Source: Myxococcota bacterium
GTDB taxonomy: Bacteria > Myxococcota_A > UBA9160 > UBA6930
Direction: 5' to 3'
Assembly (NCBI GenBank): GCA_965223415.1
Contig: OZ245002.1
Location: 4,480,001 to 4,544,000, forward strand
DNA length: 64,000 bases
Shown here: positions 56,399 to 64,000 of the stretch, piece by piece
Layout of the letters: every line of letters begins with the position of its first letter
How positions within the stretch are numbered: position 1 is the stretch's first letter
Program-made: the position numbers and the translations under genes
Notes under the pieces: model-generated
Database searches by the model: none
Told to the model about the DNA's origin: nothing
What the model saw: only the letters and a program-made list of their open reading frames with translations

Positions 56399-57705
56399 GC
56401 GCGGCCCGGGAGCGGCTGACGCGCACCCATCGCGCGGCCCGGGAGCGGCTGGCACGCATCCATCGCGCGGCCCTGGCGGGGGTCCAACCGGAAGCCTGCA
56501 CGGCGCCCGGGGCGGCGGAGCTGGCGGCGGGCCGCCCGCTGCGTCTCGTGGCAGCGGGCAAGGCAGCGGCGCCCATGGCGCGGGCGCTGGAGCGGGCCGC
56601 CGGCGCGCGCATCCGGGAAGGCCTCGTCGTCACGAAGGACGGCCACGGCCTTCCCCTCGAGCGATGCCTGCTCCTCGAGGCGGGGCACCCGGTTCCCGAC
56701 GGGCGCAGTGCGGCGGCGGGGCGGGAGGTGCTGGCCGTGGCCGAGCGCACCGCGCCCGACGAGGCCTTCGTGCTGCTGCTCTCCGGCGGCGCGTCCTCGC
56801 TGCTGTCCACGCCGACCGGCGCGCTCACGCCCGAGGACCTGGCCCAGGCGACCCGCGTGCTGCTCGCGGCGGGGGGCGACATCGCACAGCTCAACACCCT
56901 GCGCCGCCACCTGACCGCGGTGTCCGGGGGACGCCTGGCTCGCGCGGCCTCCCGGGCGGCGGAGATCCACGTGCTCGCGATCTCCGACGTGCCCGGCGGC
57001 GCGCCGGCGGACCTGGGCTCCGGGCCCTGCGCCGCGGACCCCACCACCTTTGGCGACGCCTGCGCGGCGGTTGCGTCCCTGGGCGCGTGGGACCGGCTGC
57101 CGACGGCGGTGCGCGCACACCTGGAGGCGGCGCAGGAGGAGAGCGTGAAGCCGGGCGACCCGGTCCTCGCGCGGGTGCACACCCGCATCGTCGCGTCGAA
57201 CCGGACGGCGCGCCGCGCGGCCCTCGACGCCGGCCGGGAGGAGGGCCTGCGGGCGGTCGACCTCGGGGGAGGCCTGCGGGGCGAGGCTCGGGTGGCCGGC
57301 CGGCGGTTGGTCCAGCTCGCGCGGAGCCTCGCCCCCGCCGAGCCCACGCTCCTGGTCATCGGCGGCGAGACCACCGTGGGCGTGCGGGGCAAGGGGAGGG
57401 GAGGGCGCTCCCAGGAGCTCGCCCTGGCGGCGGCCCTGGCGCTCGAGGATGCGCCGCACATCGTGCTCCTCGCCGCGGGCACCGACGGCACCGACGGCCC
57501 CACCGACGCCGCCGGCGCCTTCGCCGACGCCGGCAGCGTGGCGCGCGGCCGCACCGCCGGCGCCTCCGCCGAGGCCCACCTCGCCGACAACGACGCCTAC
57601 ACCTTCTTCGCCGCCGAGGGCGGCCTCCTCGTCACCGGCCCGACCCGCACGAACGTCATGGACCTCGTCCTGATCGAGGTCGGTGAGACAAGGGGACGTT
57701 CCTGA
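56395..57705 (+). CDS. Glycerate kinase type 2 (MOFRL family)
   Basis: AGKAA, GHPVPD, SGGASSL, GGETTV, GGRSQE, GTDGTDGP, TNVMD; carries a 33-bp in-frame N-terminal duplication. Confidence 0.92.
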   Translation: MSAARERLTRTHRAARERLARIHRAALAGVQPEACTAPGAAELAAGRPLRLVAAGKAAAPMARALERAAGARIREGLVVTKDGHGLPLERCLLLEAGHPVPDGRSAAAGREVLAVAERTAPDEAFVLLLSGGASSLLSTPTGALTPEDLAQATRVLLAAGGDIAQLNTLRRHLTAVSGGRLARAASRAAEIHVLAISDVPGGAPADLGSGPCAADPTTFGDACAAVASLGAWDRLPTAVRAHLEAAQEESVKPGDPVLARVHTRIVASNRTARRAALDAGREEGLRAVDLGGGLRGEARVAGRRLVQLARSLAPAEPTLLVIGGETTVGVRGKGRGGRSQELALAAALALEDAPHIVLLAAGTDGTDGPTDAAGAFADAGSVARGRTAGASAEAHLADNDAYTFFAAEGGLLVTGPTRTNVMDLVLIEVGETRGRS

Positions 57706-57778
57706 CTGTCTCACTCCCATTGGGGTGCCCTGGTTCGCATCGAGGAGTGAGACAGTCAGGAACGTCCCCTTGTCTCAC
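57683..57778. repeat. Perfect 35-bp inverted repeat pair (REP/REPIN-like) with a 26-bp spacer
   Basis: gtgagacaaggggacgttcctgactgtctcactcc at 57683-57717 and its exact reverse complement at 57744-57778. Confidence 0.85.
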
Positions 57779-57793
57779 TGCTAGGCTCCGGCG

Positions 57794-59167
57794 GTGCAAC
57801 CGGCTGGCTCTCCTTCGCTGCTCGCGCTGTCGACCCGCTTCCTGGTGCTGCTCGGCCTGATCGGGCGGGCGGCCGGCATCTGGCTGGCGATCGTGCTGGA
57901 CGGGCGGGGCGTCTGGCGGGCGGCGCCGGGGGCCCTGGACGCCCGGCAGGTCCGCTTCGCCCGGCGCTTCGTGGCGGTGGCGAACCGCTTCAAGGGTGGG
58001 CTGATCAAGCTCGGCCAGGTGGCGAGCCTGCGGGTGGACGTGTTCCCCGAGGAGGTGAGCGACGAGCTGGCCCGTCTCCAGGATCGGGTCGCGCCCCATC
58101 CGGTCGCGGAGATCCGCGGCCAGCTCCAGGCCCAGCTCGGTCGGCCCGTCGCGGAGGTCTTCCCCCGCTTCGACGACGAGCCCCTGGCCGCCGCCAGCCT
58201 CGGGCAGGTGCACGAGGCGGAGCTCGCGAGTGGCGAGCGGGTGGCGGTGAAGGTTCTCTACCCGGGCGTGGAACGCTCCGTGGCCATCGACCTGCTGGCC
58301 GCGCGCATCGGGCTCTGGCTCTTCGACTGGGTGACGGTGGCGGACCTCCGCCAGGTGCACCGGGAGCTCGCCGAGTCCATCCACGGCGAGATGGACTACG
58401 AGCGGGAAGGGCGAGCCGCCGAAGAGGTGGCGGCCAACCTGGGCCGGGATCCCGACGTGGTGGCACGCGTGCGCATCCCGGCGATCCACTGGGATGCGAC
58501 GGCGCCCCGGGTGCTCACCATGGAGTTCCTGGACGGCTGCAAGGTCAACGACCCGGCGGGCGTCCAGGCTCGCGGCGCCGACGGGGAGAGCCTGGTCCTG
58601 TGGGCGACCCGGGCCTTCCTCCACATGATGTTCCGCGACGGCTTCTTCCACTGTGATCCGCACCCGGGCAACCTGCTCGTCTGCGACGACGGGCGCCTCG
58701 GCATCATCGACTTCGGCATGAACAAGCGGATCGAGCCCGAGGTGATGGCGATGCTGCGGGAGACCCTGCTCTCCACCGTGAGCCGGGACGAGCGGCGCTA
58801 TGCGGCGGCGCTGCTGGCCGCCGACGTGATCGACGCCGCCGACCGGGACGCGGTGGAGGAGATCTTGCGTATCTCCTTCTCTCCCGAGTACTGGAATCTC
58901 ACCCCCAAGGAGGTGGCCGAGATCGACTTCACGGTCTACCTGCGGCGCATGCGTGCCCAGCTCAAGCGGGTGAAGAGCTTCCGCCTCCCCGACGGCCTGG
59001 TCATGTGGTCCCGGGCGCTCTCGCTGCTGCTCGGTCTCGCCACCGAGCTGGCCCCGGGCATCCGGCCCCTCGAGGTGGTGGGCCCCTATGTCGTGACCTT
59101 CCTGGCGGGGGAGCTCCCGGGACCCGCCTCCGGGCCCCGATCCGCGCCCGGGCTGGCGCCGGCATGA
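57794..59167 (+). CDS. ABC1/AarF/UbiB family atypical kinase
   Basis: IKLGQ, AAASLGQVH, AVKV, HCDPHPGN, DFG. Confidence 0.92.
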   Translation: MQPAGSPSLLALSTRFLVLLGLIGRAAGIWLAIVLDGRGVWRAAPGALDARQVRFARRFVAVANRFKGGLIKLGQVASLRVDVFPEEVSDELARLQDRVAPHPVAEIRGQLQAQLGRPVAEVFPRFDDEPLAAASLGQVHEAELASGERVAVKVLYPGVERSVAIDLLAARIGLWLFDWVTVADLRQVHRELAESIHGEMDYEREGRAAEEVAANLGRDPDVVARVRIPAIHWDATAPRVLTMEFLDGCKVNDPAGVQARGADGESLVLWATRAFLHMMFRDGFFHCDPHPGNLLVCDDGRLGIIDFGMNKRIEPEVMAMLRETLLSTVSRDERRYAAALLAADVIDAADRDAVEEILRISFSPEYWNLTPKEVAEIDFTVYLRRMRAQLKRVKSFRLPDGLVMWSRALSLLLGLATELAPGIRPLEVVGPYVVTFLAGELPGPASGPRSAPGLAPA

Positions 59168-59210
59168 GCTGGTCGGCAGGGCCGCACCGTCCGCGTTACT
59201 CTGCCCCGCC

Positions 59211-59696
59211 ATGCCCGTCGACGCGGAGCAGTACAAGCAGGCCATGGGATGCTGGGCGACCGGGGTGACGATCGTCACGGCTCGCGCCGGCGATCAGGTG
59301 CACGGCATGACCGTCTCGGACTTCGCGGGCCTGTCCCTCGATCCGCCGCTGGTGATCGTCTGCGCCGACCGGACCTCCAACACCCTCGGGGTCGTGGAGA
59401 AGGGCCGCTGCTTCGCGGTGAACGTGCTGGCGGCCGGCCAGGAGGCGCTCTCGAACAAGTTCGCGTCCAAGAAACAGGAATGGGAGCGCTTCGACGGCCT
59501 CGATTGCGCCACGGCCGCCACCGGCGCCCCCCTCCTCCCGGGAGCCCTGGTCGGCCTCGACTGCAGCCTGGAGGCGACCCACGAGGGCGGCGACCACGTG
59601 ATCCTGGTCGGCCGGGTCCAGGAAATCGTGAATCGCGAGGGCGATCCTCTCGTCTACTATGCTGGGGCCTATCGCGGCCTCTCAGCGGCCGGCTGA
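59211..59696 (+). CDS. Flavin reductase family protein
   Basis: ATGVTIVT, SLDPPL, GGDH. Confidence 0.93.
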   Translation: MPVDAEQYKQAMGCWATGVTIVTARAGDQVHGMTVSDFAGLSLDPPLVIVCADRTSNTLGVVEKGRCFAVNVLAAGQEALSNKFASKKQEWERFDGLDCATAATGAPLLPGALVGLDCSLEATHEGGDHVILVGRVQEIVNREGDPLVYYAGAYRGLSAAG

Positions 59697-59708
59697 TCCG
59701 GCTCCAAC

Positions 59709-59750
59709 CACCCACCACCCAAGACCCACCACCCAAGACCCACCACCCAA
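59709..59750 (+). repeat. 14-bp tandem repeat (3 copies) ending at the SD of the next gene
   Basis: cccaccacccaaga three times; the last copy runs into AAGGAG. Confidence 0.75.
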
Positions 59751-59759
59751 GGAGAAGTC

Positions 59760-60269
59760 ATGCGCTCCATCATGTTCGTTCTCGTGGCGGCGGTCCCGTT
59801 CCTCGCGGCGGCCCACGCCCAGGCGGCCAGCTGCTCGGCCTTCGGCAAGATCCTGTCCTACGACGCGGCAGGCAAGACCGTCGAGGTCGAGTTCACCAAA
59901 GGCAAGCCCACCAAGTTCTTCCCGCGGCCGGAAGGCGCCACCGGCGACATCACCAAGATCCCGAAGAAGTGCAAGCGCAGCGCGCTCAAGAACCCGACGC
60001 TGCCGGTCAAGCCCACCGGCGGTCGCATGAGCGTGACCCAGGTGCGGAACAACCTCACCGGCAAGATGCTGAACGACACCGAGAGCGCCGACTGGTTCAA
60101 GGCCGAGATCGACCGGCTGGTCGCCAGCGGCGACGAGCTGGCCCTGGTGCTGCGCCCCGGCAAGAAGCGGGGCGATCCGGCGCCGCTCACGACGATCTAC
60201 CTGCCCGCCACCGCCGAGGACATGGCGGAGATCGCTCGCATGGAGGCGCAGGTCTCCGACGTGGACTAG
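59760..60269 (+). CDS. Hypothetical secreted protein
   Basis: AAGGAG SD and a Sec signal peptide ending AHA/AQA. Confidence 0.8.
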   Translation: MRSIMFVLVAAVPFLAAAHAQAASCSAFGKILSYDAAGKTVEVEFTKGKPTKFFPRPEGATGDITKIPKKCKRSALKNPTLPVKPTGGRMSVTQVRNNLTGKMLNDTESADWFKAEIDRLVASGDELALVLRPGKKRGDPAPLTTIYLPATAEDMAEIARMEAQVSDVD

Positions 60270-60277
60270 GTCCGCGC

Positions 60278-60913
60278 TTGGACCCGGTCCGACTCGTCGT
60301 CTACTCGGACTACCTCTGCCCCTGGTGCTACCTGGCGTCCCACCGCCTGCACCAGGTGCAGGAGGAGCTCGGCGACGGGCTCGAGCTGGAGTGGCGCAGC
60401 TACCTGCTGCGCCCCCAGCCCGGGCCCGGCCGGGACCTCGAGAAGTTCATGCGATACACGCAGAGCTGGATGCGGCCGGCGTCGGAGCCGGACGCTCCAC
60501 GCTTCGTGGTGTGGGAGAGCAGCGAGGGTCCGCCCACGCACAGCGTTCCCGCCCACCTGGTGGCGAAGGCCGCCGCGCGGGTGTCCGAGGAGGCGTTCGG
60601 GCGCATGCACGAGCGCCTGCTCCGCGCCTACTTCGAGGAGAGCCGGGACATCAGCCGCGGCCCCGTGCTTCGCGAGCTCTGGGACGAGCTCGAGCTCCCC
60701 GCCGAGGGCATCGCCGTCCTCGCGGACGAGGCGCAGGAGCGCGCCTTGGTCCGGGAGGTGGCCCTCCAGCACAACGAGGCCCTCGAGGTGAGCATCACCG
60801 GGGTTCCCGCCGTGCGCGTCTCCGGCCACGACGCCTTCGTGATGGGCGCCCAGCCCGTCGAGACCTACCGCCGCTGGATCGGGCGGCTGCGCGACGGGGT
60901 GCTCGACGCTTGA
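60278..60913 (+). CDS. DsbA/FrnE-family thioredoxin-fold protein
   Basis: YSDYLCPWCY, GVPA, GAQP. TTG start inferred. Confidence 0.88.
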   Translation: MDPVRLVVYSDYLCPWCYLASHRLHQVQEELGDGLELEWRSYLLRPQPGPGRDLEKFMRYTQSWMRPASEPDAPRFVVWESSEGPPTHSVPAHLVAKAAARVSEEAFGRMHERLLRAYFEESRDISRGPVLRELWDELELPAEGIAVLADEAQERALVREVALQHNEALEVSITGVPAVRVSGHDAFVMGAQPVETYRRWIGRLRDGVLDA

Positions 60914-61686
60914 GCTTTCCTCTCGATCGCTTCTCCCTCGAAGGGAAGGTGGCCGTCGTGACCGGCGCCTCGTCGGGTATGGGCGTGACCTTCGCCCACG
61001 CCGTGTCCGCGGCCGGGGCCCGGGTGGTGATCGCCGCGCGGCGGGCCGACCGCCTGGCGGAGGTGGCCCGCACCATCGAGAAGCACGGCGGCACGGTCCA
61101 GGCCGTCGAGTGCGACGTCGCCCGGGACGAGGACGTGGACCGGCTGGTCGCCGAGACCGAGGCCGCCTTCGGTCCCGCCGACCTGCTCGTCAACAACGCC
61201 GGCTTCACCACCGTGGTGCCGGCGGAGGAGCAGAGCGCCGAGGACTTCCGCGCCCACATGGACGTGAACCTGACCGGCGCCTTCCTGTGCGCCCAGCGTT
61301 TCGGCCGCCGTATGATCGACCGGGACGGCGGGACGATCGTGAACGTCTCCTCGGTGCTGGGCTCGGTGGCCTCCGGCCAGATCAAGCAGGCCGCCTACGC
61401 CGCCTCCAAGGGCGGCCTCACCAACCTCACCCGCGAGCTTGCCGCCCAGTGGGCGCGCAAGGGCGTGCGCGTGAACGCGCTGGCCCCGGGCTGGTTCCCC
61501 ACGGAGATGACCGGCGAGATGTTCGGCGACGAGCGCTCCGAGAGCTGGATGCGCAGTCGCACGCCGATGGGTCGCGGCGGCGAGCTCGACGAGCTGGTGG
61601 GCCCGCTCCTGTTCCTCGCTTCCGACGCCTCCGCCTTCGTCACCGGCCATGTCCTGATGGTCGACGGCGGCTGGACCATCGTGTAG
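60910..61686 (+). CDS. SDR family oxidoreductase
   Basis: TGASSGMG, NNAG, YAASK, VDGG. Confidence 0.93.
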   Translation: MSFPLDRFSLEGKVAVVTGASSGMGVTFAHAVSAAGARVVIAARRADRLAEVARTIEKHGGTVQAVECDVARDEDVDRLVAETEAAFGPADLLVNNAGFTTVVPAEEQSAEDFRAHMDVNLTGAFLCAQRFGRRMIDRDGGTIVNVSSVLGSVASGQIKQAAYAASKGGLTNLTRELAAQWARKGVRVNALAPGWFPTEMTGEMFGDERSESWMRSRTPMGRGGELDELVGPLLFLASDASAFVTGHVLMVDGGWTIV

Positions 61687-61745
61687 CCCCGCGCTCGGCG
61701 GCTGGACCATCGTCTAGCCCGGCGCTCGGCGGCTGGACGATCGTT
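61665..61745 (+). repeat. 31-bp tandem duplication of the SDR 3' end (about 2.6 copies)
   Basis: ggcggctggaccatcgtStagcccSgcgctc twice plus ggcggctggacgatcgt. Confidence 0.8.
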
Positions 61746-61787
61746 TCGGAAGGGGTACGCTCCCCGACCCTGGCGACCCCAGGACGT

Positions 61788-61875
61788 GCGGCAGTGGCGG
61801 AACTGGTAGACGCACCAGCTTGAGGGGCTGGCGGGAGCATATCCCGTGGAGGTTCGAATCCTCTCTGCCGCACCA
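61788..61875 (+). tRNA. tRNA-Leu (anticodon GAG)
   Basis: GCGGCAG acceptor stem, CCAGC-TTGAGGG-GCTGG anticodon arm, long variable arm, GGTTCGAATCC and ACCA. Confidence 0.95.
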
Positions 61876-61884
61876 ACGCCGGGC

Positions 61885-62304
61885 CTACTCCGCGCCCGTG
61901 CCGGCCTCTGCGTTGCCTGCCCCGGCGTCCGGCTCCGGGCTGCTCTCGGCCGGGATCTCCTCGAACCCGCCGGCGGCCGGCGCCTCCGCCTCTTCCTCCG
62001 CCGGCACCGCCTCGAACGCGCCGCCCTCCTGGGATTCCGCCCCGGGCAGCTCCTCGAAGAGCGTCGAGTCCGCGCTCTCCCTCGCGAAGTAAGCCAGCAC
62101 CAGGCTCGTGCACATGAAGATGACCGCCGCGGCGGTGGTGAGGCGGCTCAGGAAGTTCCCTGCGCCGCGGGCGCCGAAGACCGTGCTGCCGCCGCCGCCG
62201 CCCAGGACGGCGCCCATCTCGGCGCCCTTGCCGCGCTGGAGCAGCACGACGACGATGAGGACGACGCACACGAGGATGTGCAGGACCGTGACGAAGAGGG
62301 TCAT
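61885..62304 (-). CDS. secG: Preprotein translocase subunit SecG
   Basis: VLLQRGKGAEMGA...FGARGAGNFLSRLT. Confidence 0.95.
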   Translation of the reverse strand: MTLFVTVLHILVCVVLIVVVLLQRGKGAEMGAVLGGGGGSTVFGARGAGNFLSRLTTAAAVIFMCTSLVLAYFARESADSTLFEELPGAESQEGGAFEAVPAEEEAEAPAAGGFEEIPAESSPEPDAGAGNAEAGTGAE

Positions 62305-62325
62305 GGGCGCTCCTTACGCGCGAGT

Positions 62326-63078
62326 CTAGCGGTCGAAGAGGACGATCTGCGAGAAGCTCTCGGGCTCGAGGCTCGCGCCGCCGACCAGGGCGCCGTCGAT
62401 GTCGGCCTGGCTCATCAGCTCGCGGACGTTGTCCGGTTTCACCGAGCCGCCGTACTGGATGCGGATGGCCTCGGCGTCGCCGCCGAAGAGCTCGCCGAGC
62501 ACGCCGCGGATCATGGCGTGGACCTCCTGGGCCATCTCGGGTGTGGCGGTCTTGCCCGTGCCGATGGCCCAAATCGGCTCGTAGGCCACGACGATCTCCG
62601 CAGCGCGGGCCCGGTCGACGCGGGCCAGACTCTGGCGGATCTGGCCGCCGACGAAGTCGAGGGTCTGGCTGGCCTCGCGCTGCTCCAGGGATTCGCCGAC
62701 GCACACGATGGGCAGGACGTCGCGGGCCAGGAGCGCCTCGGCCTTGGCGGCCACGAAGTCGTCGCCCTCGCCGTAGAGGGTGCGGCGCTCGCTGTGGCCG
62801 ACGATGGCGTAGGCACAGCCCACGTCCACGAGCATGTCCGGGGAGATCTCGCCGGTGAAGGCACCCTTGGCCTCCGGGTTCACGTTCTGGGCGGCGAGGG
62901 CCACGTTGCTCCCGGACAGCGCCTGGCCGAGCGGGTGCAGGGCGGTGGCGGCCGGCGCGAGCGCCACGTCCGCCGCCGCGTCCTTCACGAGGGGAAGGAA
63001 GGCCGCCGCGAAGTCGCAGGCCTCCGACACCGTCTTGTGCATCTTCCAGTTCGCCGCGAGGATCGGTCGGCGTGCCAT
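62326..63078 (-). CDS. tpiA: Triosephosphate isomerase
   Basis: ANWKMH, GHSERR, AYEPIWAIGTG, YGGSV, LVGGASL. Confidence 0.97.
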   Translation of the reverse strand: MARRPILAANWKMHKTVSEACDFAAAFLPLVKDAAADVALAPAATALHPLGQALSGSNVALAAQNVNPEAKGAFTGEISPDMLVDVGCAYAIVGHSERRTLYGEGDDFVAAKAEALLARDVLPIVCVGESLEQREASQTLDFVGGQIRQSLARVDRARAAEIVVAYEPIWAIGTGKTATPEMAQEVHAMIRGVLGELFGGDAEAIRIQYGGSVKPDNVRELMSQADIDGALVGGASLEPESFSQIVLFDR

Positions 63079-63089
63079 GGGGGTGCCTC

Positions 63090-64000
63090 CTAGTCTTCCA
63101 GGGCTGCCACGCCCGGCAGGGTCTTGCCCTGGACGAACTCCAGGGAGGCGCCGCCGCCGGTCGAGAGATGCCCGATCTGCTCGCCGAGGCCGAGCTTGTT
63201 GATGGCGGCCACCGAGTCCCCGCCGCCCACCACCGAGTGGGCGGGGGACCCGGCCACGGCCTTCGCCACGGCCTCGGTGCCCTTCGCGAACGCGTCCATC
63301 TCGAAGACGCCCATCGGGCCGTTCCAGAAGATCGTCTTCGCGCGAGCGGCCTCCGCGGCGTAGGCCGCGGCGGTCGCCGGGCCGACGTCCACGCCCATGC
63401 GCCCGTCGGGCACCCGGGCGACCACCTCCGCGGGCGCGCCCTGCTCGAGCTTCTCGACCACCACGTGATCGGTGGGCAGCAGGAGCTTCCGGCCCGCCTT
63501 CGCGGCGGCTTCCTCGACGCGCAGGGCGTCGTCGATCCGGTCCGGCTCGACCAGCGAGCTTCCCGTCGGCTCGCCCCGGGCGGCCAGGAACGTGTACGCC
63601 ATGGCTCCGCCGATCGCGAGCACGTCCGCGTGGGGTGCGAGGGCCTCCAACACCGCCAGCTTGTCCGAGACCTTGGCGCCGCCGAGCAGGCACAAGAGCG
63701 GTCGCTCCGGCTCCCGCACCGTCCTCAGCTGCTCGAGCTCCGCGCGCAGCAGGTCGCCGGCGGCACGCCGGGCCACGAGCGCCGCCACGCCCGCCGTGGA
63801 GGCGTGGGCGCGGTGGGCGGTGCCGAAGGCGTCGTTCACGTAGGCGTCGGCCAGCTCGGCGAAGCTTCGGGAGAGGGCCTCGTCGTTCTTCGTCTCGCCG
63901 GGCTCGAAGCGCACGTTCTCGAGCAGCAGCAGCTCGCCGTCGCCGAGGGCGTCGGCGGCGGCTCTCGCCGCCGGGCCGACGACCTCCGGGCAGAAGGCGA
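63090..64000 (-). CDS. pgk: Phosphoglycerate kinase (5' partial)
   Basis: LLENVRF, NDAFGTAHRAHAS, GGAKVSDK, WNGPMG, STGGGASLE. Confidence 0.97.
   Translation of the reverse strand, partial: AFCPEVVGPAARAAADALGDGELLLLENVRFEPGETKNDEALSRSFAELADAYVNDAFGTAHRAHASTAGVAALVARRAAGDLLRAELEQLRTVREPERPLLCLLGGAKVSDKLAVLEALAPHADVLAIGGAMAYTFLAARGEPTGSSLVEPDRIDDALRVEEAAAKAGRKLLLPTDHVVVEKLEQGAPAEVVARVPDGRMGVDVGPATAAAYAAEAARAKTIFWNGPMGVFEMDAFAKGTEAVAKAVAGSPAHSVVGGGDSVAAINKLGLGEQIGHLSTGGGASLEFVQGKTLPGVAALED

Noticed and set aside
60278..60913. Selenoprotein candidates (DsbA-like, Fe-S, rhodanese)
   Set aside because: The visible redox motifs use Cys codons; no in-frame UGA was found in intact genes.

Overview
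Very high-GC bacterial chromosomal window. Gene content suggests a Myxococcota/deltaproteobacterial lineage, but this is inference. Most of it is housekeeping: a UvrA paralog between two SCP2 genes, a KAP P-loop NTPase, HPF, tRNA-Sec, the maf-yggS-proC-divIVA and fmdB-folD-gcvTHP genes, mlaEFD, a rubrerythrin/Fe-S/DUF3501 cluster, a sahR-metH-HAD-tldD-pmbA-MBL-HEAT-CoA transferase run, a T2SS cluster (gspC-N), dnaK-lon, several metabolic genes, tRNA-Leu and pgk-tpiA-secG. The most striking unexplained structure is a 38-bp tandem array (16 perfect copies plus 1 diverged) between gspD and gspE. On the coding strand it reads as an unbroken chain of 17 13-aa mini-ORFs, each joined to the next by a GTGA stop/start overlap, from the gspD stop to the gspE start. 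Two other gene starts (sahR and the MBL gene) show the same duplication-derived, coupling-preserving mini-ORFs. Other points of note are a SPOR domain fused to GspD, a REPIN-like inverted repeat, recurring leaderless-promoter signatures and gene debris beside selC. All calls come from reading the sequence by eye; no database searches were run.
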